Part shown: positions 1-12,259 of the stretch, piece after piece | Numbering within the stretch: position 1 is the first letter of the stretch | Layout of the letters: each line of letters opens with the position of its first letter | NCBI GenBank assembly: GCA_032718475.1 | Contig: JAUCBJ010008185.1 | Coordinates: 1-33,766, forward strand | Source of the DNA: Nemertoderma westbladi | Taxonomy: Eukaryota > Animalia > Xenacoelomorpha | DNA length: 33,766 nt | Direction of reading: 5' to 3' | Translations under genes and position numbers: made by a program | Notes under the pieces: generated by a model | What the model was told of the DNA's origin: nothing | The model's database searches: none | Seen by the model: the letters and a program-made list of their open reading frames with translations, nothing else

Positions 1-2214
1 ATTCCAGCTGTCTCTGACTTTTGTTGTTCCTACATTCCATTGGATTGGGTTGGGATCGATGCTATTGCACTGCGTGCACTGGTTGCACACGTCTCGAATT
101 ATCTGGAGAGGTATTGGTCGACTGATCAAGCGGTCCTTTTCACACAATTCGGTTGTCCGCTCGATCCCTTGGTGCGCCATGCCATGGAGTTCCACTACAC
201 GATCCCGTTGGTTGCTCTCGCTCATCCCAATCGCAGCAATGTGTTCCTCATTATCGTCACTGCTACCCTTATTCACTGCCAGTTGCAACCAAGTTGGTGG
301 AACCCGGGTAAGAACATCTGCCACATTTTTTCCCGTGGACACTAGATGTGGCTTCACATTTAGTTTGTATTCTCTGATCGTCTCCGCCAATATATCGAGT
401 CTTCTGACCACTAATTTCCTCGATTGGCCTCTCGTTTTCACCCTGTGTGTGTCGTTAATAACCGCATGGATCCAGCTGTATGCAGTGGCCGAATCGACGA
501 ATAGGTCGAGGTTCGTTATTCCCCAGTCCAGAGCTAAGTTTACTCCCTCTATGGCCGCATCTAATTCTGCAACGTTAATATGGTTAGTGTCGCCCGCTTT
601 TCGCAGCCACGCTGCGTCTTCTACAACCGCACCATTAATTTTTAACACCACTCCTTTCGCCACCGAACTAGCGTCGGTCCACACTTCTCCACTGTCGGTC
701 ATGGATATCGCCCATTCCCCAGTTGCCGGATCATCTATTTGAATTCGCGTTAGTGTTTCTTGCAGTTTTTCTCGTATTTTGTTGCTAACTGGAGTGTCCC
801 AACCTATTTTCGAGCTGCATCTCTGTAACCACGCACAAGCTGGTCTGATCCAACCACCCACCGGATAGTGGCCTTTCAGCTGTCCACATATTGAATGCAG
901 TTGCCGCCTAGTTAGTCCCACTGGCACTTCTGTTGGAGTACCCGCTTCTCTAGTCCAGTGATGATTCATTCTATCCTTTTCTATTATTCGAACTCCCAAA
1001 ATACGGCTTCCCTCACGAACAGGTTCGGCCCTCTTTGTTACTAAGCCATATTGCAGCAAATGGTCTCTCACCGCGTCAGTTGTCGTTATATCGGTGTTCA
1101 CATAAATGTCGTCGCGAAAGTTGTCAGTGGATTCCTTTATGCCTTTATCTTGAGACAATGCTCGCTCGACAATGTTGTCCATTATTTTCGGGGCCACCCC
1201 AAGCCCAAATCCCATAGTTGTGACCACATATCTTTCACCTTGGTAAACTATCGTTTGGTATGGTAGTAAATCATCTCTTATCTTGACCTGCATGTATGCC
1301 CACTTGAGGTCGATGAGTGCAGTGTCCTTACCCATTTTTCGCCATTGTCGCATTTTCTCCCCGCACACCGCCGCATCCATTCCGGGGGAGTTTTCTATAT
1401 ATTCGTTCATCTCTCGATAGTCTAATATCGGTCGAACACGGTTCTTTTTGGGTTCGTACTTGGCCATCAAAGGGATGGTCCCCCGCACCTCTCCATGGCG
1501 TTGTTTGTTGTATGGTACTATCCACTCATTGTCTATCCATTCTTTCATGGCAGTCTCGAAGATTCCAACATGCTCCTTCCGTATTTTGTACTGGCTCACT
1601 TTATTGTTCAAAATTGGTGGTTTCCCGTTTTTCCACTTCCAATTTGCCACCCATTGCTTTCCGTTATACACCGCTTTAAAGTCTGTATCCTCAATGACAA
1701 TCAGGTCTTCCAGTTGTTTTCCGTCGCTAGCTATCTCATCCACTTGTCGCACCGTCTCATCGTTGTTATTCGCAGTGGACATTACACCGGCCATTCCGAA
1801 AACCGCACTAGAGAGAGTTTGAGATCCGACGTGTTTTATTAAGTCGTAGCCCATTATTAGGTCTTCCGAACCACCTAATAAATGCTCTAAGACTAAAAAA
1901 GACCATTCCATATCCTGTTTCCGTCCCGCTATTTCTACTATAGAGAGAGTAACAGTTCCAATAGCTTGACTTTGCGATGTCCCGTCCAGCATCAATATCT
2001 TTGGGTTCCATCTACTCGTCTTTATATCGATTTGGTTGATTCTACACCACTTCGCCGTAACCAAGCTGCAGCTACAGCCTGTATCTACAATTGCGTCCGA
2101 CTTTATTATTCCTCGCGGCCCGTTCACTCTAATCCCCACACTCGGTATGCCACAGTTTAATTTCTCGGGGAGGCGCCCGTGGGCCGCGACAACGTCTCCC
2201 CCAGTTCGTTTCCC
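1..2214 (-). CDS. pol: Pol polyprotein (aspartic protease, reverse transcriptase, RNase H, start of integrase), partial
   Basis: Hand translation of the minus frame ending at base 1 is stop-free from 2286 to 1. Motifs in order: IVDTGCS and LIMGYDLI (protease); RPILDYREMN, IDLKWAYMQV, MGFGLGVAP, FRDD (RT); WTDASS, HINVAELDA, VDS, KNVADVLTR (RNase H); H-GMA-HQGIERT...CTQC (integrase HHCC). It is absent from the ORF track, probably because it has no stop in the window. Confidence 0.95.
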
Positions 2215-3071
2215 GCGTTCGCCCAACCGAGCGCACCATTCCCACCACTGCGGCACCCCCGCGCGATGTGCCCCACCTGGCCGCACCTAAAACAACCCTT
2301 CGGTTTGGCGTTTGTATTATCGGCCCTATTCATCGACCAGGCATTACCACCACCACCGCCACTGGTTTCCTGGCTGGTGCATTCGCGGGCGAAATGCCCT
2401 GCTTTTCTGCACCGATAGCACTCAACTGACTGCCTCATCCCACCCCACGATCCAATTTCCCGATCATGTCCACGATTACTTTGTTCTGAATGCCCTGACC
2501 CCCTGCGACTACTAAACCCAGCGGCACCCCAGACACTATCCATACCATTCCGCTCTGCCAGCATTCGTCTCGCCTGCTGCAACAACTCATCGATTCCCAC
2601 GTTTCCCGCCATCGCCTTCACCTCCATTCTCACACTGTTTGGAAGGCCATTAGCGAACTGAACAGCTAGGAGATCGGTCGCACATTGACTTCTAGTATCT
2701 TCCGTTATCAATGATAGAAGCCTTCTCAAATCAGCCAGAAATGAATCTGCCGTTTCGTCGCCGAGGACTCTCTGTTTGAACTTGTCGTACGCCGCGTATG
2801 GGGTGTCGGCGAACGCCTGGATTAGCATCTTCCTGATGATTGCGCAATCTTTTTTCTCGGCTTCTGACAGTTGGGATATTACATCGTGGGCCGCCCCCTT
2901 GAGCGACAACCTCAGATACGTAGCACGGCTTCCTTCGTCTAATTTAGCTTCTTCCCGTAATATCTCGAACGTGTCGTCGAATATGGTAAGCCAGGAACAC
3001 GGATCTCCCGTCCCGTCATATTTGGCCACATAGTCCGAGAGTTTCGGTGCCATTGTCTGATTGTGTCTCAT
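2157..3071 (-). CDS. gag: Gag protein, 304 aa
   Basis: YDGTGDPCSW-type N-terminus and two CX2CX4HX4C zinc knuckles (CYRCRKAGHFAREC, CFRCGQVGHIARGC); overlaps the start of pol in the -1 frame. Confidence 0.93.
   Translation of the reverse strand: MRHNQTMAPKLSDYVAKYDGTGDPCSWLTIFDDTFEILREEAKLDEGSRATYLRLSLKGAAHDVISQLSEAEKKDCAIIRKMLIQAFADTPYAAYDKFKQRVLGDETADSFLADLRRLLSLITEDTRSQCATDLLAVQFANGLPNSVRMEVKAMAGNVGIDELLQQARRMLAERNGMDSVWGAAGFSSRRGSGHSEQSNRGHDREIGSWGGMRQSVECYRCRKAGHFARECTSQETSGGGGGNAWSMNRADNTNAKPKGCFRCGQVGHIARGCRSGGNGALGWANAGNELGETLSRPTGASPRN
2167..2214 (-). promoter_or_regulatory. -1 programmed ribosomal frameshift signal (slippery heptamer plus stem-loop)
   Basis: G GGA AAC (2214-2208) is in X XXY YYZ phase with gag. 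About 6 nt downstream, GGGGAG...CTCCCC can form a GC-rich stem. Pol is exactly in the -1 frame. Confidence 0.85.
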
Positions 3072-3100
3072 ATAATAAAAAGTGAATAACAGGCCCGGTT

Positions 3101-3114
3101 AGCTTTTGGTGCCA
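3101..3114 (-). promoter_or_regulatory. Putative primer-binding site TGGCACCAAAAGCT
   Basis: Begins with TGG, 1 nt after a ...TTACA LTR-like end and about 30-40 nt upstream of the gag ATG. The cognate tRNA was not identified. Confidence 0.6.
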
Positions 3115-3115
3115 A

Positions 3116-3328
3116 TGTAAAAACTATCAGACTATATCTGTATATGATAAATGCAATGTGAACTTATAATATCGCAACCGAACAGAATAATACCGGTAGG
3201 TAGTACACACAGTACCGGTACTGCAGTAACCAGTATATCCCCAACAGGCACTGCTATCCTTCCCTATATTGAGCTACTACTACAATGGGACAGTAGGCCT
3301 ATATCCCCGCTATAATAGAGATGCTACA
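3116..3328 (-). repeat. Candidate 5' LTR (~213 bp)
   Basis: Minus strand reads TGTAGCATCT...AGTTTTTACA (imperfect inverted ends). The inner end is fixed by the PBS; the outer end is uncertain (alternatives at 3246 or 3284) because the second LTR is outside the window. Confidence 0.55.
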
Positions 3329-3574
3329 AATCATATTTCATAAAATGTAAATTCAAAAAACGTCTCAAAAAAGGTGCTAAAAGTAGGGTTAAAAAATAGT
3401 GCTACTGTATATAACTCGAAAACTATTCAATATTTTTGAAAACCGTTCTCACTATTAGGAAGACAATATATTTTTAAGAAAAGTCATAAAAATTTAGATT
3501 CCCAACTGAGTTTGTTTCAGAGATATAACAACCCCCCCCCCCCCCCCCCCCCCCCCCGGGGTTAATAGGGTTAA
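3329..3574. mobile_element. Possible terminal fragment of a non-autonomous DNA transposon (piggyBac-like end) interrupted by the LTR element
   Basis: AT-rich segment ending in C26 (3532-3557) followed by GGGGTTAATAGGG|TTAA. AGGG-TTAA resembles a piggyBac terminus plus target site. The partner end is not in the window. Confidence 0.3.
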
Positions 3575-4194
3575 ACTATTAAATCAATGGGGATTCAACT
3601 GAACAGAATATCCAACGATTTCGTTTTCCGGGTCAGCACTTACCGCGCTTTTGCAAGACTTCCAACTGAACAGAAGTTCCCATAGATTTAGCTTTCTGGG
3701 TCTTTAGCTCCTCCCACTCAGCCATCTTCTTTGTAAATTCACCCTTTACTCCTTTCTTAAGACTATCGCTCTCTGCAACCCCTTCTCTTTCACAACCTTT
3801 CTTTAACTTATATTTTCCCCTAAAAACATAAAGGGATAAAAGTGCAAATATAACTAATTTACATCAAGTTTGTAATTTTAGCACTTGATAAAATTACAAT
3901 CCTCGCACTGTAATCTTATCAATTGAACGACTTGGATTACATGATGTTCATTTACAATTGAAGTATTTAAAGATACTACGACTTCCTTTCGCTAGACATT
4001 GAACTAAGGAGCTATAAATATCTTCCATAGAAAACTATGCACCCGCCGTCACAAATACGAAACAATATAGAATATTAATTTTAATAGCATCCTTATTCGT
4101 GGCCACACCTGAGAACACTTAACTTAACTGGAAGACGTAGTTACCAAAAAATGTGCCGATTTCATAGTTTGCCTTTCCGTCTTTTAGATGCATA

Positions 4195-4565
4195 CGTAGA
4201 CAACGAGATACTGTACATACAGAGAAACATAAGAGACATACAGAGACACTGATAAACATACATAGACGCAGAGAGGTATAAATAGACAGAGGTAGACATA
4301 CAGAGATACAGGATGGACATAGAGAAACATATAGAGATGGATATAGAGAAACATATAGGCATACAGAGACGCAGAGAGTCATACAGGGACACAGAGAGTC
4401 ATACAGGGACGCAGAGAGACATACAGACACAGTGATAAAGATACAGAGACGTAGAGAAGCATAAATAGACAGAGGTAGACATACAGAGATACAGGATGGA
4501 CATAGAGAAACATATAGAGATGGATATAGAGAAACATATAGGCATACAGAGACGCAGAGAGTCAT
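4195..4565. repeat. Left, degenerate arm of the 20-bp purine-rich satellite
   Basis: CATACAGAGACGCAGAGAG-type words with a 180-bp internal duplication; the sequence resumes in register at 12404. Confidence 0.9.
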
Positions 4566-7500
4566 ACACGTTCGTGGGGCCTTCGCGCAGCACGAGGTCC
4601 AGTTATTGGATACAAATCAAAATTGAGCGACTGTATCACAAAATCAGGTTTTGAGAAATTTACCCACACCACCAATCAATCAAAGAAAGGGGGACAGTAC
4701 GTGTTCACCCCTTTTAATCCCCCCCCCCCCCCCACCCTTCCCAACCACCAATACATAACCGCGACATCTACCACCCACGGAAGGGTAGCACGAACTTATT
4801 TCCAATCGCACTTTAAATATGCAAAGCCAGGTGGTTTATAGGAATATAATAAACGCAGTACTCGTATTCATTATAAGCCTCGTTGCGTTCGTCCTGTTTT
4901 GTATTTAAATATATTTCTTAAACGCAGGCTAGGACGTTCTTTATAATAATAATAACTAGGGATGCGATCAATATGTGAAGCCAGGTGGTTTATATAATAA
5001 TTTAGTCAACGCAGTACTCGTCTTCATTATATGCCTCGTTGCGCTCGTCGCTTGTCCTGTTTTGTTATAAAATATTTTTCCTAAACGCAGACTGACGATC
5101 TTTATACAGTTATAACTATGCGAAGTTTCGAAACTGTGCGAGTAACTGTTGATACATCTATGTGGATATGTGTGATATGTGGAGATGTGTGATACAACGC
5201 CAACGCATCTTATGCCGATGTAGTAATATGGGTATTGAAATAATATTAAATCAAAGTACACTCTTAAAGCTGCAGCGAAAAAATGTAGCTAATTTCCTAG
5301 GTTACATATAAAATAATAATATTATTTTTAAGAACATTAATTTTACTACTTTGCAAAAATTCAATTAAAAAATAACCAGACATACATTGTGGAATAAACT
5401 ATTTCAGAAGCCTACACAACAGCCATGCCATGGATAGTATTTATGTTATGATATCTGTCATTCACCTGAGATAGCAATACAACATTTATAGTGAATTTAA
5501 AGAATGCTGTCTGGGCTGGAATAGCAATACTGGTTGTCTATTACTATTCCTCTCTGGTTAGTCTTAGCAACAACTCCCAGCCAGCAGCAGAGACTTGACC
5601 AATAATCATTCCCAGCAACTGGGAATGACACACACATCCCATCTATGTACCAGCATGTTGGCCAATAAATGAGCAGTATTTAATGAGAATAATTTTTTTT
5701 TGCCGTTTTAATTACTTTAGATCAATTAAAGACACAATTATTAAAGCAAATCACTTGAACTAATTAAAAACTATAATAGAATGGCGTATGGGGATTACAT
5801 CTGTATAATTTTTAATTATAATTATTTAAATCTTATACTGTAAAACAATTAATTTCCTTTAAAAGGCAGGTTGAAAATGGTGTTTTTACCGTAATAACTT
5901 AATTAACTAATTAACTGCTATTATCTTAGCTTCTCGAAGGCCACACTGAAATTCTACTTGGAAAATTTCTAAACTTTTGCCAAACAACATGTGTACCAAG
6001 TTTGGATAGATTTCATCAAAGATTGGCCGAGTTATTAACGTTTAAAATTGAACGCGACAGAACGACAGAACGACAGAGCGACACGTTCGTGGGGCCTTCG
6101 CGCAGCACGAGGCCCAGTTATGAGATACAAATTAAAATTGAGCGACTGTATCACAAAATCAGGTTTTGAGAAATTTACCCACACCACCAATCAATCAAAG
6201 AAAGGGGGACAGTACGTGTTCACCCCTTTTAATCCCCCCCCCCCCCCCCACCCTTCCCAACCACCAATACATAACCGCGACATCTACCACCCACGGAAGG
6301 GTAGCACGAACTTATTTCCAATCGCACGTTCAATATGCAAAGCCAGGTGGTTTATAGGAATATAATAAACGCAGTACTCGTATTCATTATAAGCCTCGTT
6401 GCGTTCGTCCTGTTTTGTATTTAAATATATTTCTTAAACGCAGGCTAGGACGTTCTTTATAATAATAATAACTAGGGATGCGATCAATATGTGAAGCCAG
6501 GTGGTTTATATAATAATTTAGTCAACGCAGTTCTCGTCTTCTTTATATGCCTCGTTGCGCTCGTCGCTTGTCCTGTTTTGTCATAAAATATTTTTCCTAA
6601 ACGCAGACTGACGATCTTTATACAGTTATAACTATGCGAAGTTTCGAAACTGTGCGAGTAACTGTTGATACATCTATGTGGAGATGTGTGATATGTGGAG
6701 ATGTGTGATACAACGCCAACGCATCTTATGCCGATGTAGTAATATGGGCATCGAAATAATATTAAATTAATGTACACTCTTAAAGCTGCAGCGAAAAAAT
6801 GTAGCTAATTTCCTAGGTTACATATAAAATAATAATATTATTTTTAAGAACATTAATTTTACTACTTTGCAAAAATTCAATTAAAAAATAACCAGACATA
6901 TACATTGTGGAATAAACTATTTCAGAAGAACTATTTCAGCCATGCCATGGATTGTATTTATGTTATTATATCTGTCATTTACCTGAGATAGCAATACAAC
7001 ACTTATAGTAGAGTCAATAGTCAATTCCTCTCTGGTTAGTCTACAGCCACAACTCCCAGCTAGCTCCACACCAGCAGAGACTTGACCAATAATCATTCCC
7101 AGCACCTGGCTGCCTTAACACACATCCTTCCATCTATGTACCAGCATGTTGGCCAATAAATGAGCAGTATTTAATGAGAATCAATTTTTTACGCCGTTTT
7201 AATTACTTTAGATCAATTAAAGACACAATTATTAAAGCAAATCACTTGAACTAATTAAAAACTATAATAGAATGGCGTATGTGGATTACATCTGTATAAT
7301 TTTTAAGTATAATTATTTAAATCTTATACTGTAAAACAATTAATTTCCTTTAAAAGGCAGGTTGAAAATGGTGTTTTTACCGTAATCAACTTAATTAACT
7401 AATTAACTGCTATTATCTTAGCTTCTCGAAGGCCACACGGAAATTCTACTTGGAAAATTTCTAAACTTTTGCCAAACAACATGTGTACCAAGTTTGGATA

Positions 7501-9076
7501 GATTTCATCAAAGATTGGCCGAGTTATTAACGTTTAAAATTGAACGCGACAGAACGACAGAACGACAGAGCGACACGTTCGTGGGGCCTTCGCGCAGCAC
7601 GAGGCCCAGTTATGAGATACAAATTAAAATTGAGCGACTGTATCACAAAATCAGGTTTTGAGAAATTTACCCACACCACCAATCAATCAAAGAAAGGGGG
7701 ACAGTACGTGTTCACCCCTTTTAATCCCCCCCCCCCCCCCCCCCCACCCTTCCCAACCACCAATACATAACCGCGACATCTACCACCCACGGAAGGGTAG
7801 CACGAACTTATTTCCAATCGCACGTTCAATATGCAAAGCCAGGTGGTTTATAGGAATATAATAAACGCAGTACTCGTATTCATTATAAGCCTCGTTGCGT
7901 TCGTCCTGTTTTGTATTTAAATATATTTCTTAAACGCAGGCTAGGACGTTCTTTATAATAATAATAACTAGGGATGCGATCAATATGTGAAGCCAGGTGG
8001 TTTATATAATAATTTAGTCAACGCAGTTCTCGTCTTCTTTATATGCCTCGTTGCGCTCGTCGCTTGTCCTGTTTTGTCATAAAATATTTTTCCTAAACGC
8101 AGACTGACGATCTTTATACAGTTATAACTATGCGAAGTTTCGAAACTGTGCGAGTAACTGTTGATACATCTATGTGGAGATGTGTGATATGTGGAGATGT
8201 GTGATACAACGCCAACGCATCTTATGCCGATGTAGTAATATGGGCATCGAAATAATATTAAATTAATGTACACTCTTAAAGCTGCAGCGAAAAAATGTAG
8301 CTAATTTCCTAGGTTACATATAAAATAATAATATTATTTTTAAGAACATTAATTTTACTACTTTGCAAAAATTCAATTAAAAAATAACCAGACATATACA
8401 TTGTGGAATAAACTATTTCAGAAGAACTATTTCAGCCATGCCATGGATTGTATTTATGTTATTATATCTGTCATTTACCTGAGATAGCAATACAACACTT
8501 ATAGTAGAGTCAATAGTCAATTCCTCTCTGGTTAGTCTACAGCCACAACTCCCAGCTAGCTCCACACCAGCAGAGACTTGACCAATAATCATTCCCAGCA
8601 CCTGGCTGCCTTAACACACATCCTTCCATCTATGTACCAGCATGTTGGCCAATAAATGAGCAGTATTTAATGAGAATCAATTTTTTACGCCGTTTTAATT
8701 ACTTTAGATCAATTAAAGACACAATTATTAAAGCAAATCACTTGAACTAATTAAAAACTATAATAGAATGGCGTATGTGGATTACATCTGTATAATTTTT
8801 AAGTATAATTATTTAAATCTTATACTGTAAAACAATTAATTTCCTTTAAAAGGCAGGTTGAAAATGGTGTTTTTACCGTAATCAACTTAATTAACTAATT
8901 AACTGCTATTATCTTAGCTTCTCGAAGGCCACACGGAAATTCTACTTGGAAAATTTCTAAACTTTTGCCAAACAACATGTGTACCAAGTTTGGATAGATT
9001 TCATCAAAGATTGGCCGAGTTATTAACGTTTAAAATTGAACGCGACAGAACGACAGAACGACAGAACGACAGAACG

Positions 9077-10682
9077 ACACGTTCGTGGGGCCTTCGCGCA
9101 GCACGAGGCCCAGTTATGAGATACAAATTAAAATTGAGCGACTGTATCACAAAATCAGGTTTTGAGAAATTTACCCACACCACCAATCAATCAAAGAAAG
9201 GGGGACAGTACGTGTTCACCCCTTTTAATCCCCCCCCCCCCCCCCACCCTTCCCAACCACCAATACATAACCGCGACATCTACCACCCACGGAAGGGTAG
9301 CACGAACTTATTTCCAATCGCACGTTCAATATGCAAAGCCAGGTGGTTTATAGGAATATAATAAACGCAGTACTCGTATTCATTATAAGCCTCGTTGCGT
9401 TCGTCCTGTTTTGTATTTAAATATATTTCTTAAACGCAGGCTAGGACGTTCTTTATAATAATAATAACTAGGGATGCGATCAAAATGTGAAGCCAGGTGG
9501 TTTATATAATAATTTAGTCAACGCAGTACTCGTCTTCATTATATGCCTCGTTGCGCTCGTCGCTTGTCCTGTTTTGTTATAAAATATTTTTCCCAAACGC
9601 AGACTGACGATCTTTATACAGTTATAACTATGCGAAGTTTCGAAACTGTGCGAGTAACTGTTGATACATCTATGTGGATATGTGTGATATGTGGAGATGT
9701 GTGATACAACGCCAACGCATCTTATGCCGATGTAGTAATATGGGTATTGAAATAATATTAAATTAATGTACACTCTTAAAGCTGCAGCGAAAAAATGTAG
9801 CTAATTTCCTAGGTTACATATAAAATAATAATATTATTTTTAAGAACATTAATTTTACTACTTTGCAAAAATTCAATTAAAAAATAACCAGACATATACA
9901 TTGTGGAATAAACTATTTCAGAAGCCTACACAACAGCCATGCCATGGATAGTATTTATGTTATGATATCTGTCATTCACCTGAGATAGCAATACAACATT
10001 TATAGTAAATTTAAAGAATGCTGTCTGGGCTGGAATAGCAATACTGGTTGTCTATTACTATTCCTCTCTGGTTAGTCTTAGCAACAACTCCCAGCCAGCA
10101 GCAGAGACTTGACCAATAATCATTCCCAGCAACTGGGAATGACACACACATCCCATCTATGTACCAGCATGTTGGCCAATAAATGAGCAGTATTTAATGA
10201 GAATAAATTTTTTTTGCCGTTTTAATTACTTTAGATCAATTAAAGACACAATTATTAAAGCAAATCACTTGAACTAATTAAAAACTATAATAGAATGGCG
10301 TATGGGGATTACATCTGTATAATTTTTAATTATAATTATTTAAATCTTATACTGTAAAACAATTAATTTCCTTTAAAAGGCAGGTTGAAAATGGTGTTTT
10401 TACCGTAATAACTTAATTAACTAATTAACTGCTATTATCTTAGCTTCTCGAAGGCCACACTGAAATTCTACTTGGAAAATTTCTAAACTTTTGCCAAACA
10501 ACATGTGTACCAAGTTTGGATAGATTTCATCAAAGATTGGCCGAGTTATTAACGTTTAAAATTGAACACGACAGAACGACAGAACGACAGAACGACAGAA
10601 CGACAGAACGACAGAACGACAGAACGACAGGTTGATTAATGGTACCACTACGCTAAGGCTCACTCACTTCGTGGCTCGCCCC
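9077..10682 (-). mobile_element. Complete, uninterrupted element copy (type A, 1606 bp)
   Basis: Both ends present: hairpin end at 9077; seven ACAGAACG units plus the terminal module at 10571-10682. Confidence 0.8.
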
Positions 10683-12259
10683 ACACGTTCGTGGGGCCTT
10701 CGCGCAGCACGAGGCCCAGTTATGAGATACAAATTAAAATTGAGCGACTGTATCACAAAATCAGGTTTTGAGAAATTTACCCACACCACCAATCAATCAA
10801 AGAAAGGGGGACAGTACGTGTCCACCCCTTTTAATTCCCCCCCCCCCCACCCTTCCCAACCACCAATACATAACCGCGACATCTACCACCCACGGAAGGG
10901 TAGCACGAACTTATTTCCAATCGCACGTTCAATATGCAAAGCCAGGTGGTTTATAGGAATATAATAAACGCAGTACTCGTATTCATTATAAGCCTCGTTG
11001 CGTTCGTCCTGTTTTGTATTTAAATATATTTCTTAAACGCAGGCTAGGACGTTCTTTATAATAATAATACTAGGGATGCGATCAATATGTGAAGCCAGGT
11101 GGTTTATATAATAATTTAGTGAACGCAGTACTCGTCTTCATTATATGCCTCGTTGCGCTCGTCGCTTGTCCTGTTTTGTTATAAAATATTTTTCCTAAAC
11201 GCAGACTGACGATCTTTATACAGTTATAACTATGCGAAGTTTCGAAACTGTGCGAGTAACTGTTGATACATCTATCTGGAGATATGTGATACAACGCCAA
11301 CGCATCTTATGCCGATGTAGTAATATGGGTATTGAAATAATATTAAATCAATGTACACTCTTAAAGCTGCAGCGAAAAAATGTAGCTAATTTCCTAGGTT
11401 ACATATAAAATAATAATATTATTTTTAAGAACATTAATTTTACTACTTTGCAAAAATTCAATTAAAAAATAACCAGACATATACATTGTGGAATAAACTA
11501 TTTCAGAAGCCTACACAACAGCCATGCCATGGATAGTATTTATGTTATGATATCTGTCATTCACCTGAGATAGCAATACAACATTTATAGTGAATTTAAA
11601 GAATGCTGTCTGGGCTGGAATAGCAATACTGGTTGTCTATTACTATTCCTCTCTGGTTAGTCTTAGCAACAACTCCCAGCCAGCAGCAGAGACTTGACCA
11701 ATAATCATTCCCAGCAACTGGGAATGACACACACATCCCATCTATGTACCAGCATGTTGGCCAATAAATGAGCAGTATTTAATGAGAATAAATTTTTTTT
11801 GCCGTTTTAATTACTTTAGATCAATTAAAGACACAATTATTAAAGCAAATCACTTGAACTAATTAAAAACTATAATAGAATGGCGTATGGGGATTACATC
11901 TGTATAATTTTTAATTATAATTATTTAAATCTTATACTGTAAAACAATTAATTTCCTTTAAAAGGCAGGTTGAAAATGGTGTTTTTACCGTAATAACTTA
12001 ATTAACTAATTAACTGCTATTATCTTAGCTTCTCGAAGGCCACACTGAAATTCTACTAGGAAAATTTCTAAACTTTTGCCAAACAACATGTGTACCAAGT
12101 TTGGATAGATTTCATCAAAGATTGGCCGAGTTATTAACGTTTAAAATTGAACGCGACAGAACGACAGAACGACAGAACGACAGAACGACAGAACGACAGA
12201 ACGACAGGTTGATTAATGGTACCACTACGCTAAGGCTCACTCACTTCGTGGCTCGCCCC
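10683..12259 (-). mobile_element. Complete, uninterrupted element copy (type A, 1577 bp)
   Basis: Both ends present; six ACAGAACG units; private ~14-bp deletion near 11275. Confidence 0.8.

Larger units (their letters stand above)
1..3328 (-). mobile_element. LTR retrotransposon with Ty3/Gypsy-type domain order (gag; PR-RT-RNaseH-IN), cut off by the left window edge
   Basis: Gag with two CCHC knuckles is followed by an uninterrupted pol frame. A TGG-starting PBS-like site and a TG..CA-bounded candidate LTR lie just upstream of gag. Confidence 0.95.

Noticed and set aside
40-3033. Plus-strand ORFs including the 230-aa ORF at 50-742
   Set aside because: Antisense shadows of gag/pol with no recognisable motifs.
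4623-11300. Recurrent 60-120 aa ORFs in the 1.5-kb units
   Set aside because: They cross variable-length poly-C tracts that change frame between copies, often use non-ATG starts and show no Rep, helicase or transposase motifs.
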